Assembly (NCBI GenBank): GCA_963783655.1
Contig: CAWAOA010000005.1
Coordinates: forward strand, 95,331-159,330
Source: an uncultured Chloroflexia bacterium
Lineage (GTDB): Bacteria > Chloroflexota > Anaerolineae > CG2-30-64-16
Length of the DNA stretch: 64,000 bases
Direction of reading: 5' to 3'
Below the pieces are notes generated by a model. The model saw only the letters and a program-made list of their open reading frames with translations. It made no database searches and had not been told where the DNA came from. Positions 31,851-40,518 of this stretch are shown in pieces. The translations under genes and the position numbers were made by a program. Positions within the stretch are counted from its first letter, which is position 1, and each line of letters starts with the position of its first letter.

Positions 31851-32957
31851 TCACTTTTGTGTCGCCTCTGGGGTTGGAGCGGAGTCGCGCGGAAAAACCG
31901 GGCACCATTCGAAAGTCGCGCCGCCGGCGTGGCAGCCATCGGCATCGCAACTGACGCCGGAAACGATAGCCGCTCGCACGTTGGGAATCGTGAGCGCCTG
32001 CCCAACAGAGGTCAGCCCCCCCTGCACCTCACCCCGGGGGTGATGGCAGCGGCGGCAGTCTACTGCCGTCTGGATATTGTGCGAGGGCCACGACCTGAGG
32101 GTATGGGCGAAGCGTTGGGGGATGTACTCGCCGAAGTGGCGGGAATCGGGCAGCAGATCCTGCCAGATAGGCAGCCCGCCCGCATCGTGGCATCCAGTGC
32201 AGTTTGCACTGGCATGTGACGCATGGATCTGCGCCGCGCCGCCCCGGGTCACGTCGTGGCAGTCGATGCACTTCACCGGCGTGCCGTGCGAGCCGTGGCA
32301 GCTTGCGCAATCCCAACCCTTGTGGGCCGGCGAGTGCTCCTGCTCGTTCACCACCTCGAAACCGTGCCTGCCCTCGTGGCACTTCTCGCAGAGCTCGGTC
32401 GAATTCTTCACCGGCTCGTACACGCCCGCCTTTTGGTTCCAGAACGAGATCGAAGTGCTGTAACTTTCGCCGATGGGCTGGTGGCAGACATCGCAACTGA
32501 TGTTCTTCCATTGGGTTTGCGGCACCGGCACGCCGCCCAGCAAATCGGGCCTGGGCAGGCCTGGCTCGCGTTTGCAGCTCGTGCAGTCATGCGATGCCTC
32601 GGCTGCGACCACCTGCGTCGGATCCCAGTTCTTGGGTGACTTACAGGTCGCGCAGGTGGTGTTGGCGCCCATCCCGTTGTCGTACGTGTCGGCGTGCTGG
32701 GTCTTGGCCCACGCGGCCTGCGAAGCCCGGAGTTGATCGGCAGTGGCCGGGGTGCCGGGGGCCGGAGTGGCAGCCTGCCGCGGAGCCTGGGTAACGGTCG
32801 CCCCCGCCCACATCTCGGCGCCGGCCGAGACGGCGACGGTGAGGGTCCATGCGGCCACCATCACGACTACGAGGAGATAGAGAATCCCGAGCCGCGGGTT
32901 GGGCTTGCGCCCGCCGGCGCCAGGGCCAGCGCGTCCGAGCCGGTTGAATAAGTCCAT
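31851..32957 (-). CDS. multiheme c-type cytochrome, paralog of the downstream gene (CDVCH, CEKCH, CASCH, CIDCH, CTGCH, CRRCH, CX4CH, plus CATCK and CTSCK)
   Basis: TM/signal ILYLLVVVMVAAWTLTVAVSAGA, then the motifs listed. Collinear with 30709-31821 (the ...SPKNWDP / ...SPGNWES blocks align). Confidence 0.8.
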   Translation of the reverse strand: MDLFNRLGRAGPGAGGRKPNPRLGILYLLVVVMVAAWTLTVAVSAGAEMWAGATVTQAPRQAATPAPGTPATADQLRASQAAWAKTQHADTYDNGMGANTTCATCKSPKNWDPTQVVAAEASHDCTSCKREPGLPRPDLLGGVPVPQTQWKNISCDVCHQPIGESYSTSISFWNQKAGVYEPVKNSTELCEKCHEGRHGFEVVNEQEHSPAHKGWDCASCHGSHGTPVKCIDCHDVTRGGAAQIHASHASANCTGCHDAGGLPIWQDLLPDSRHFGEYIPQRFAHTLRSWPSHNIQTAVDCRRCHHPRGEVQGGLTSVGQALTIPNVRAAIVSGVSCDADGCHAGGATFEWCPVFPRDSAPTPEATQK

Positions 32958-33315
32958 CGTGTCGGGAACACTTTCCATTGGGGGGCGGGCCGCAAGCGCG
33001 CGCAACCGCCTCAGGCAAGCACAGTCTACCACACCTCGCCTGCGCCCTGCTTCACTGAGGTGGGTGATGTTTGGGCCGCCGGAAGGGTTATTGCAGCTAC
33101 TCCTTTTGGTGGGTCTGGGGCACGCAGCATAGCCCGATTGGGCGATGCGCGGATGATCGCCGTATGCCGCGTCACAGCTTGCACCGGCCGCCGGTGATGC
33201 CAGGGCCGGCCGGCTATCATCCTCCCCAGGGTTACCGGTGAGTGACTGGAAGATTGCTGACGACACTTCCAGGATGCGAACAAGATAATTCTTCCTCGGT
33301 GGAGGATTTGGAGTG

Positions 33316-33761
33316 AGTATGAACGACCTGATCGCGCCGCGTCTACAACCATCCAAGCCCCGGTGGCGAAAGTGTGGGACGCGCTGACAAATCCGGCAGC
33401 CATCAAGCAATACATGTTCGGCACCAACGTGGTTTCCGAATGGAAGGAAGGGAGCGGTATCACCTGGCAGGGCGAATGGCAAGGCAAAACCTATGAGGAC
33501 AAGGGGGTGATTCTGAAGCTGGCGCCGGAGCGAATGATCCGGTATACCCACTTCAGCCCGCTTTCGGGGCAACCCGACACGCCGGAGAACTATCACACCG
33601 TTACGGTCGAGCTTGCAGACGAGGGGACGCAGACTCGGGTTTCGCTGTCACAGGATAACAACACGACTGAGGAAGAGCGCGACCACTCTGCCGGGAATTG
33701 GGCATCGATGCTGGAGGGAATGAAGACACTGCTGGAAGGGCGGCGGCCAGACGGCCACTGA
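33316..33761 (+). CDS. SRPBCC-superfamily protein (AHSA1/Aha1-like); frameshift near 33340
   Basis: ...TTIQAPVAKVWDALTNPAAIKQYMFG...ITWQGEWQGKTYEDKGVILKL.... Confidence 0.6.
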
Positions 33762-33779
33762 ACGCCGGGTCAGCTTCGC

Positions 33780-34358
33780 ATGGAGGTAGCGATGGCCGAG
33801 ATACGTGACTGGCAAGAAATGAAGCGGATGTCGGCACGCCTGCTCGAGGAGAGAACAGGCGAGGGAGTCGATGCCTGGAACCGGCGGATCGACGCGGCGC
33901 AGCCGGCGGACGAGCAGCAGCTCCGTGCCTGGCTGGCCGGGCAGGGCGTCACCGGATATGCCCAGTCGCTTCTGGTGATGGAGCGTTTCGGCTATCCCGA
34001 TTTCATGCAGGCGTCCGCAAGTGAATTGATCGAGGGACAATATGCAGACCGCCCCGCGCTGCGTCCGGTCCTCGATGCGATTCTGGCTGCCGCGGCTGCG
34101 CTCGGCCCGGTGGCGATCCAGGCACGCAAGACCTACGTCTCGCTTGTCTCGCAGCGCCGGACGTTTGCCCGGGCGCAGCCCACGACGAGGCAGCGGGTCG
34201 ACCTCGGCTTGCGTCTCGACGGGCTCGATCCGGGCGGTCGTCTGCAACCCTCAAAGATCCATGAGACGATGCCGCTGCAGATCGGCCTCTCGAGTCCAGA
34301 CGAAGTGGATGGCGAAGTGTTGGAGTGGCTGCAGAAGGCATACGATCAAAACCGCTGA
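33780..34358 (+). CDS. hypothetical protein (DUF4287/DUF5655-like)
   Basis: Intact ORF. The 'WLQKAYDQN' C-terminus is typical of this DUF family, recalled from memory. Confidence 0.4.
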   Translation: MEVAMAEIRDWQEMKRMSARLLEERTGEGVDAWNRRIDAAQPADEQQLRAWLAGQGVTGYAQSLLVMERFGYPDFMQASASELIEGQYADRPALRPVLDAILAAAAALGPVAIQARKTYVSLVSQRRTFARAQPTTRQRVDLGLRLDGLDPGGRLQPSKIHETMPLQIGLSSPDEVDGEVLEWLQKAYDQNR

Positions 34359-34498
34359 CCGGCGCCGCGCGGAAAGTGGCGACGAGGGCCGTCCCTCTGG
34401 TACTGCGTATTACATACCCGGCGCTCCATCTGACATACAAATAGAACAAAGGTTCTTCTATCCCGCCAGCGTCACCCAAGATCAAAGGAGCTGAACAG

Positions 34499-34933
34499 AT
34501 GCCTGTCAATCCGTACCTCAACTTTGCGGGGAATTGCCGTGAAGCGGTCGACTACTATTGCGACGTATTCCAAACCGAGAAGCCTCGCATCATGACCTTC
34601 GGGGAGATGCCGCCCAACCCGGACTCCGCTTACCCTCTCCCAGACAGTGCCAAAGATATGATCATGCACGCGCAGCTTTGCATCCACGGGACCGACATCA
34701 TGTTCTCGGATGTTTTTCCCGGGTCGGAGCTGAACGTGGGGAACAACGTCAGCCTGACGGTCGTCACCAAGGACCGGGACGAGATCCTGAATGCGTTCAA
34801 CAAACTGAAGGACGGCGCAACCGTGCATATGGATCTGCAGGAGACGTTCTGGAGCAAACTGTACGCCAACCTGCGAGACAAGTATGGGGTTGAGTGGCAG
34901 TTCAGCCTCGACAGCGGCGAGACGTTCGGCTGA
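34499..34933 (+). CDS. VOC/glyoxalase-like protein, PhnB-like
   Basis: MPVNPYLNFAGNCREAVDYY...MHAQL...HGTDIMFSD.... Confidence 0.65.
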   Translation: MPVNPYLNFAGNCREAVDYYCDVFQTEKPRIMTFGEMPPNPDSAYPLPDSAKDMIMHAQLCIHGTDIMFSDVFPGSELNVGNNVSLTVVTKDRDEILNAFNKLKDGATVHMDLQETFWSKLYANLRDKYGVEWQFSLDSGETFG

Positions 34934-34972
34934 GCGGGCGGTGCCGTCGTACCGGCACAACGGGAGCATCAC

Positions 34973-35431
34973 ATGCTGACGATTCTCGACGACTACCTGG
35001 CGCAGCTTGCCGACCGGCACGCCGATATCGAGCAAGCGCTGGATGGGCTTCCGCCGGAGGCGCTGGATTGGACACCCGGCGCCGAGATGAACTCGCTGGC
35101 GGTGCTCGTCACGCACACAGCCGGGGCAGAGCGCTACTGGATCGGGGATGTGGCCGCGGGCCGGCCGTCGAGCCGCGACCGCGACGCCGAGTTCCGCGTG
35201 AGGGGCATCGAACCCGGCGCCTTGCTCGGCAAGCTCCGCGATAACCTGGCCTTCGCACGTCAGGCGCTCGAGCCGCTCACGCTTGGGGATCTCGAGGCGA
35301 CCCGCACCTCGGGCCGCGACGGGAGCGAGGTGACGGTGTTCCGGGCGTTGTCGCACGCGCTCGAGCACGCCGCGCTGCACGCGGGGCAGATCCAACTCAC
35401 ACGACAGCTCTGGGACCAGCGCGCGGCGTGA
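34973..35431 (+). CDS. DinB/DUF664-family (DinB_2) protein
   Basis: ...ALDWTPGAEMNSLAVLVTHTAGAERYWI... with the His triad of DinB_2. Confidence 0.65.
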   Translation: MLTILDDYLAQLADRHADIEQALDGLPPEALDWTPGAEMNSLAVLVTHTAGAERYWIGDVAAGRPSSRDRDAEFRVRGIEPGALLGKLRDNLAFARQALEPLTLGDLEATRTSGRDGSEVTVFRALSHALEHAALHAGQIQLTRQLWDQRAA

Positions 35432-35690
35432 GGGGCGGTCTGAGGGCCGCCTGATCGCCGTCTGAGCCGGGCTTGCCGCCGGCTGAAACGGGGCCACGAA
35501 CACCGGCTGAGCGATGCCGTGAACGCCAGCGCGGGTTGTGCTTTTGGCAGCGCACCCCGCGCTGGCGTTCCGATCGTAGGGGGCGGGTGACCCGCCCCGT
35601 GCCCCAATGCCACGCGATTTTCGGTGGGCGGCACGGGCGCGGCGGCCGGGATGCGGCGCCCCCGGCTTCGATGGGGGTTGCGAGGTCGAT

Positions 35691-35790
35691 GGGCGTCCTT
35701 CGTCAGGCTCAGGATGGAGTTGTTAGGGGTTACCATCGATGTGGGTGGTTCTGTTCAGGGACCCCGCGAGCATCAGGTCAGAGAGTTAGT
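35691..35790. repeat. degenerate/partial MITE-like element (left arm GGGCGTCCTTCGTCAGGCTCAGGATGGAG...)
   Basis: Left terminal inverted repeat and part of the core are present. The right arm is degenerate. Confidence 0.5.
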
Positions 35791-35823
35791 GGTGTTGTAT
35801 TGCAGGCACGGGGCGGGTGACCC

Positions 35824-37302
35824 ATACCTCATAGGTTAACGGGAATCAGGGTTTGTCAAGCATCGGATTTGCCCCCCTCTTCGTCCAGGGCCAGGCTCAC
35901 CTGCGTCAGCAGCGAGGGGCGGTCAGGGGCGCGGGCACGTTTGACGATGCCCAACAGCTTAGCCTCCTCGGCGAGAAACTGGGCGGCCGGGCCCTGAAAG
36001 GTGCCGGCCTGGGTGCGCACGGCGTAGTAATACAACATGCGGGACACCATCTCCAGCGAGATGCGCTCGAGCGGCAGCCCCAATTCCTCGGCCACCTCAT
36101 CGCCCAGATCGACCAAGACGGCGTAGTAGACCCAGGTGGCCCACACCTGCAGCTGCACGCCGTTGTTACTCCCCACCCACAGATATGACAGATCCAGCAG
36201 CCGCTTGACCAGCGCAAAGGCGCTCTCGATCTGCCAGCGCCTCTGGGAGACGGCCACCACTTCCAGCACCGAGAGCTGCTGCGGGTCGAGCACGTTGGTC
36301 AGGTAGCGGCGCCAGGCGCCGTCCACGTACACCTCGACCAGCCGCAGCGGGTGCTGCGAGCGGTGGGAGCGGTACCGGCCAAGCTGGACGATCTGATCGC
36401 GCACCTGCGGCTGCTGCCTCAGGCTCTGCCGCACAGTATAGCTGGTCTGCTCCCGCAGGCGGGTGACAAACCAGCTGCCCCTCTCCGTCAGGGCATCAAA
36501 GAAGCCAAAGGAGAAGTAGCCCAGATCGAAGACCAGCAGGCTGTTAGCGGGCAGCCAGGCCAGGAGCTGGGGCTGGAAGGCCTTGTCGTTGGTGGCCGGG
36601 TCCTCGCCAAACCAGATCTGGGCCGGCAGGTGGCTGAGCACATCCACCACCACCGCCAGGTGCCCACCCAAGGGCGCTTCCGGCACCTCGCGCAGCGCCT
36701 GCAGCTTGCGGAATAAGGCTTCCAGCGTGGTGCCATCCAAGGCGTAGCAGGCGGCGAAGCGCTGCGCCAGGCCGGCCAGCCGCGGCGGCAGCGGCCGCTG
36801 GCGGGCGGCGGCGCGGGCGGGCAGGGCGGCCAGCACCGTTTCCAGCACGCCCTGGAAGAGCTGGGCAGGGAAGGTGAGAAAGCGCTCGCTCAAAGCCGGT
36901 TGGCTGACCCGGAACGGTTGCGTCCACCCCACCCGTTCCTGCGCCAGCAAGCGCTGCAACTCACACACGCCCGCCAGATGCCGCCACAGCATGGCCAGCA
37001 CCACCGAGACCATCACCGGCAGGGTGAGCAGGCGGTTGCGCAGTCCCAACTGCCGGTAGTGCGCCATTTCGCTGTAGACGGCCGGTGCCACCAAATCTTG
37101 CAGCCGTTGTTCGATGGCAGCATCGCTGGGTGCCGGGGGGTGAACGCCGCCGGGCGTGATCTGGATCTCCCGCTGCTGCCGCGAACCGGCCGCTCCGTAG
37201 CCGCGGTTTGGCCCCGATTCGCATGTCCCTATCCTACGCCCCCACCGCCGGCGCCGCAAGCCCCCCCTTGACTCCCCCCTCTGTGCTTAACCTATGAGGT
37301 AT
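35824..37302 (-). mobile_element. IS4-family insertion sequence, 1479 bp, with 16-bp terminal inverted repeats ATACCTCATAGGTTAA / TTAACCTATGAGGTAT and an 11-bp target-site duplication GCGGGTGACCC
   Basis: Exact inverted ends at 35824-35839 and 37287-37302. The flanking 11-mers at 35813-35823 and 37303-37313 are identical. It contains one intact DDE transposase ORF. Confidence 0.8.
35856..37259 (-). CDS. IS4-family DDE transposase (467 aa, apparently intact)
   Basis: DDE_Tnp_1-like regions: ...LLVFDLGYFSFGFF...YRSHRSQHPLRLVEV...RWQIESAFALVKR... Confidence 0.85.
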   Translation of the reverse strand: MRRRRWGRRIGTCESGPNRGYGAAGSRQQREIQITPGGVHPPAPSDAAIEQRLQDLVAPAVYSEMAHYRQLGLRNRLLTLPVMVSVVLAMLWRHLAGVCELQRLLAQERVGWTQPFRVSQPALSERFLTFPAQLFQGVLETVLAALPARAAARQRPLPPRLAGLAQRFAACYALDGTTLEALFRKLQALREVPEAPLGGHLAVVVDVLSHLPAQIWFGEDPATNDKAFQPQLLAWLPANSLLVFDLGYFSFGFFDALTERGSWFVTRLREQTSYTVRQSLRQQPQVRDQIVQLGRYRSHRSQHPLRLVEVYVDGAWRRYLTNVLDPQQLSVLEVVAVSQRRWQIESAFALVKRLLDLSYLWVGSNNGVQLQVWATWVYYAVLVDLGDEVAEELGLPLERISLEMVSRMLYYYAVRTQAGTFQGPAAQFLAEEAKLLGIVKRARAPDRPSLLTQVSLALDEEGGKSDA

Positions 37303-37520
37303 GCGGGTGACCCGCCCCCTACGTCCGGAGCGGTGTACGCCCCTTAAGGCGTGATCTGGGAATCTACCAGACGACCCGCCCCATACGACAAGCGAAGTCT
37401 CGCCGTCCACAACACACCCGCCCCCTGCGTCCGGAGCGGTGTATGTCCCTTTGAGCGCAGCCTTCCCGTCTACCCGATGACCCGCTCCCTACGACAGCCC
37501 GAAGACGCGCCCCCCGTTCA
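37303..37520. repeat. about 3.5 degenerate tandem copies of a roughly 55-60-bp unit (GACCCGCCCCCTACGTCCGGAGCGGTGTACG...)
   Basis: Direct repeats visible at 37306, 37372, 37417 and 37478. Confidence 0.5.
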
Positions 37521-37641
37521 TCTAGCAACCCGCACCGGATACGGCCCCCACCGGCCGTTCCTCGTTCCCACACCGACGTCCACCCTGAACCGTCCCGCGT
37601 GCTATACTCTGCTCAGCAGCTTGCGGCGAGTCACAGCAGCG

Positions 37642-38076
37642 ATGTTGGCACCCACGGAGAAATTGATGCCGGACGTCACCGAATTCCTGTCTGATGTCGT
37701 CGCGTGGGCGCGGGATAGCGACGACGTCCTGGCCGTCGCGTTGGTGGGTTCGCAGGCTCGGGGCGCTGCGCGGGCGGATTCGGATGTGGATCTGGTGATC
37801 TTGCTGGGCGACCGGCAGCGCTATCTTGAGGATGCGGGCTGGACCGGGCAGTTCGGCACGGCGCTGAGCCTGGCACGCGAAGACTCGGGCGCGGTGCAAT
37901 CGCTGCGGGTGCGGTATGCGGACGGGCTCGAGGTGGAATTCGGGTTGGCGTCCGGCGAATGGGCCGCTACGGAACCTGTGGACGAAGGGACCCGGCGGGT
38001 CGCGGCGGACGGGCTGCGCATCCTTTTCGACCCCCACGGAAGGCTCGCACGGCTGATGGCCGCGATCGCGCGGTAA
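37642..38076 (+). CDS. nucleotidyltransferase-domain protein (Pol-beta-like NTase)
   Basis: ...LAVALVGSQARGAARADSDVDLVILL... (GS...D.D NTase motif). Confidence 0.55.
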   Translation: MLAPTEKLMPDVTEFLSDVVAWARDSDDVLAVALVGSQARGAARADSDVDLVILLGDRQRYLEDAGWTGQFGTALSLAREDSGAVQSLRVRYADGLEVEFGLASGEWAATEPVDEGTRRVAADGLRILFDPHGRLARLMAAIAR

Positions 38077-38130
38077 CGAGGAGCTACGATGAGCAAGGCG
38101 CGATCGCGCGGTAACGAGGAGCTACGATGA
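38057..38130. repeat. perfect tandem duplication of about 43 bp (GCGCGATCGCGCGGTAACGAGGAGCTACGATGAGCAAG x2) spanning the NTase stop and the RBS/start of the M24 peptidase gene
   Basis: Two identical copies back to back. The duplicated segment contains GAGGAG plus ATGAGCAAG. Confidence 0.7.
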
Positions 38131-39263
38131 GCAAGATAGGTATCGGCGCCGAGGAATACCGGGCGCGCATGGCTGCGCTCCAGGCGAGCCTGGCTGAGGA
38201 GGATCTGGACCTCTTCGTCGTGTCAGCCGAGGAATCGATCCAGTATCTGATCGGCGTCTCGTACCGGCCGCTGGAACGCCCTTTCTTTATCCTGGTCCGT
38301 CCTGCCGGTGACCCCGAGCTGCTGGTGCCCATGCTCGAGCGCGATCACCTCGCGCACGCCGCGTCGGTGGCCCGCGTGCACACCTATTGGGATTACCCCT
38401 CGCCGGCGGGGCAGGGTTGGGCTGAGCGGCTGTGCGAGCTGGCGGGCAACGCCGGCAACGCCGGCAGCGTGGGCATCGAGCCGAGCCTGCCGCAGGAGAT
38501 CGCCGGTGCGCTCGCAGAGTCGCGTCCACGGGCGGTCCCGCTGGTGGAGAGGCTGCGGCTGGTCAAGTCGCCGGCGGAGATCGCGATGCTGCGGCACGCG
38601 GCGCGCTATGCCGACATGGGGGTGGCGAAGGCGATCAAGGCGGCGTATTACGGCTGTTCCCTGCTCGAGCTCTTCAGCCAGGGCCGGTCCGTCCAGACGC
38701 AGATGATCAAGGAAGTGGGCTACGACGCGCTGCTGTCGAGCGTGCTGGCCGGAGCCTGGCCCGCGCCCGGGAGCGCGATGCCGCACGGCGTGCCGTCGGT
38801 CGGCACCCGGCTGAAGGATGGCCCGCACATTGCCCTGAGCCTGATGCGAGCGCTGGGTTACTGCGCCGAATGCGAGCGGACCTTCTTCCTCGCGCCGCCG
38901 ACGCCCGAGGTGCGGCGGGCGTTCGCAGCGATGACCGAAGCGCGCCGGCGGGCGTTTGCCGTGGTCCGGCCGGGCGCCACCTGCGAGGAAATTGACGTCG
39001 CGGCCAACGGCTTCCTGAAGTCGGAGGGCTACGGGCCCAACCTGCTCCATCGCACCGGTCACGGCTTTGGGCTGAGCACGCACGAAGGGCCGTGGGTAGC
39101 AGAGGGGTCAGACCAGGTGCTCGCGCCGGGGATGCTGATCAGCATCGAGCCGGGCATCTACATGCCGGGGACCGGCGGCGTGCGGCACTCCGATACCGTC
39201 CTTGTGACCGGGAGCGGCTACGATACCCTCACGCGTTACCCGACCGGCATCTCGAGAGCCTGA
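38127..39263 (+). CDS. M24-family metallopeptidase (Xaa-Pro aminopeptidase/creatinase-like), intact
   Basis: ...HRTGHGFGLSTHEGP...ISIEPGIY.... Intact 378-aa ORF. Confidence 0.8.
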   Translation: MSKIGIGAEEYRARMAALQASLAEEDLDLFVVSAEESIQYLIGVSYRPLERPFFILVRPAGDPELLVPMLERDHLAHAASVARVHTYWDYPSPAGQGWAERLCELAGNAGNAGSVGIEPSLPQEIAGALAESRPRAVPLVERLRLVKSPAEIAMLRHAARYADMGVAKAIKAAYYGCSLLELFSQGRSVQTQMIKEVGYDALLSSVLAGAWPAPGSAMPHGVPSVGTRLKDGPHIALSLMRALGYCAECERTFFLAPPTPEVRRAFAAMTEARRRAFAVVRPGATCEEIDVAANGFLKSEGYGPNLLHRTGHGFGLSTHEGPWVAEGSDQVLAPGMLISIEPGIYMPGTGGVRHSDTVLVTGSGYDTLTRYPTGISRA

Positions 39264-39362
39264 CCGTGCAGGGCAGAAAGCCGGCGCAGCGCCTGGTCGG
39301 TGCGATCACGCGCCGCGCCGTCGGGATGAAGTAGCGTTATTCGGGCGAAGGAGCAGGGGTGC

Positions 39363-40497
39363 ATGAAGCGGATTGCAGTATTGGGCGCCGGGATGGTGGG
39401 CAGCGCCATCGCGGCTGATCTTTGCGGGGAGTACGCGGTCACGAGCGTCGACTTCGACCAGGCGCGGCTGGATGCGCTGCAGCAGCGATGCAGCGCCTCG
39501 GCTGTCCGGGCCGATCTGCGCGATCCGGCGGAGGTGCAGCGGGTGGTCGCCGGCTGCGACCTGGTTATCGGCGCCGTGCCGGGGTTTATGGGTTCCGCGA
39601 CCCTCGAGGCCGTCATCCGGGCGGGCATGAATGCGGTAGACATCTCGTTCTTCGACGAGGACCCGTTTGAGCTGGATTCTCTTGCCCGCGAGCGTGGCGT
39701 GACGGCGGTCGTCGATGCCGGGATCGCGCCGGGCTTCAGCAACATGGTGCTGGGCTACCACGCTGCGCACATGAAGGTCCGCTCGTTTCGCTGCCTCGTC
39801 GGGGGGCTGCCGGTAGAACGCCGGTGGCCTTACCAGTACAAGGCGCCGTTTTCCCCGATCGACGTGCTCGAGGAGTACACCCGCCCCGCCCGGCTCGTGC
39901 TGGACGGCGAGGTGGTCGTCCGGCCGGCGCTCTCCGATGCCGAGCCGGTGGAGATCGAGCCCATCGGCACGCTGGAGGCGTTCAACACCGACGGCCTGCG
40001 GACGCTGCTGCGAACGATGGATGTCCCCGAGATGGTCGAGAAGACGCTTCGCTACCCCGGCCACATCGAGATCATGCGCATCCTGCGCGAGAGCGGCTTC
40101 CTGAGCAAGGATGCGATCGACGTCCGCGGCGTGGCCGTGCGGCCGCTCGACCTGGCCGGCAGCGCTCCTCTTCCCGCAGTGGCGGCTGGAGCCCGGCGAA
40201 GCAGAGTTCACCGCCATGCGCATCGACGTGCTGGGAGAGGAGAACGGCGAGCCTGTCGAGTACGCCTACCGGCTCTTCGACCGCTATGATCCGGCCACGG
40301 ACACCTCGTCGATGGCGCGGACGACAGGCTACACCTGTACCGCCGTGGCGAGACTCGTGCTCGAGGGCCGGTACCGGGAAGTGGGCGTGCGCGCGCCGGA
40401 ACACGTGGCCGCAAGCGGCGATTGCTTCGCGTTCGTCTCACAGGCGTTGGCGGCCCGCGGAGTGACCCTGGCGTGCGAGAGGGTCATGGGGAGATGA
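39363..40497 (+). CDS. saccharopine dehydrogenase (NAD(P)-binding) family protein; frameshift near 40150
   Basis: MKRIAVLGAGMVGSAIAADL...VVDAGIAPGFSNMV.... The C-terminal domain is recovered in the second frame. Confidence 0.65.
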
Positions 40498-40518
40498 CGA
40501 CCGTCTTCCGGTACCCGC

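Noticed and set aside
33000-33596. N-terminal 200 aa of the 581-aa ORF 31851-33596, which would make the upstream cytochrome much longer
   Set aside because: That portion runs antisense through the SRPBCC gene and its promoter region and has no signal peptide. The cytochrome more plausibly starts at MDLFNRL (32957), immediately before its TM/signal segment.
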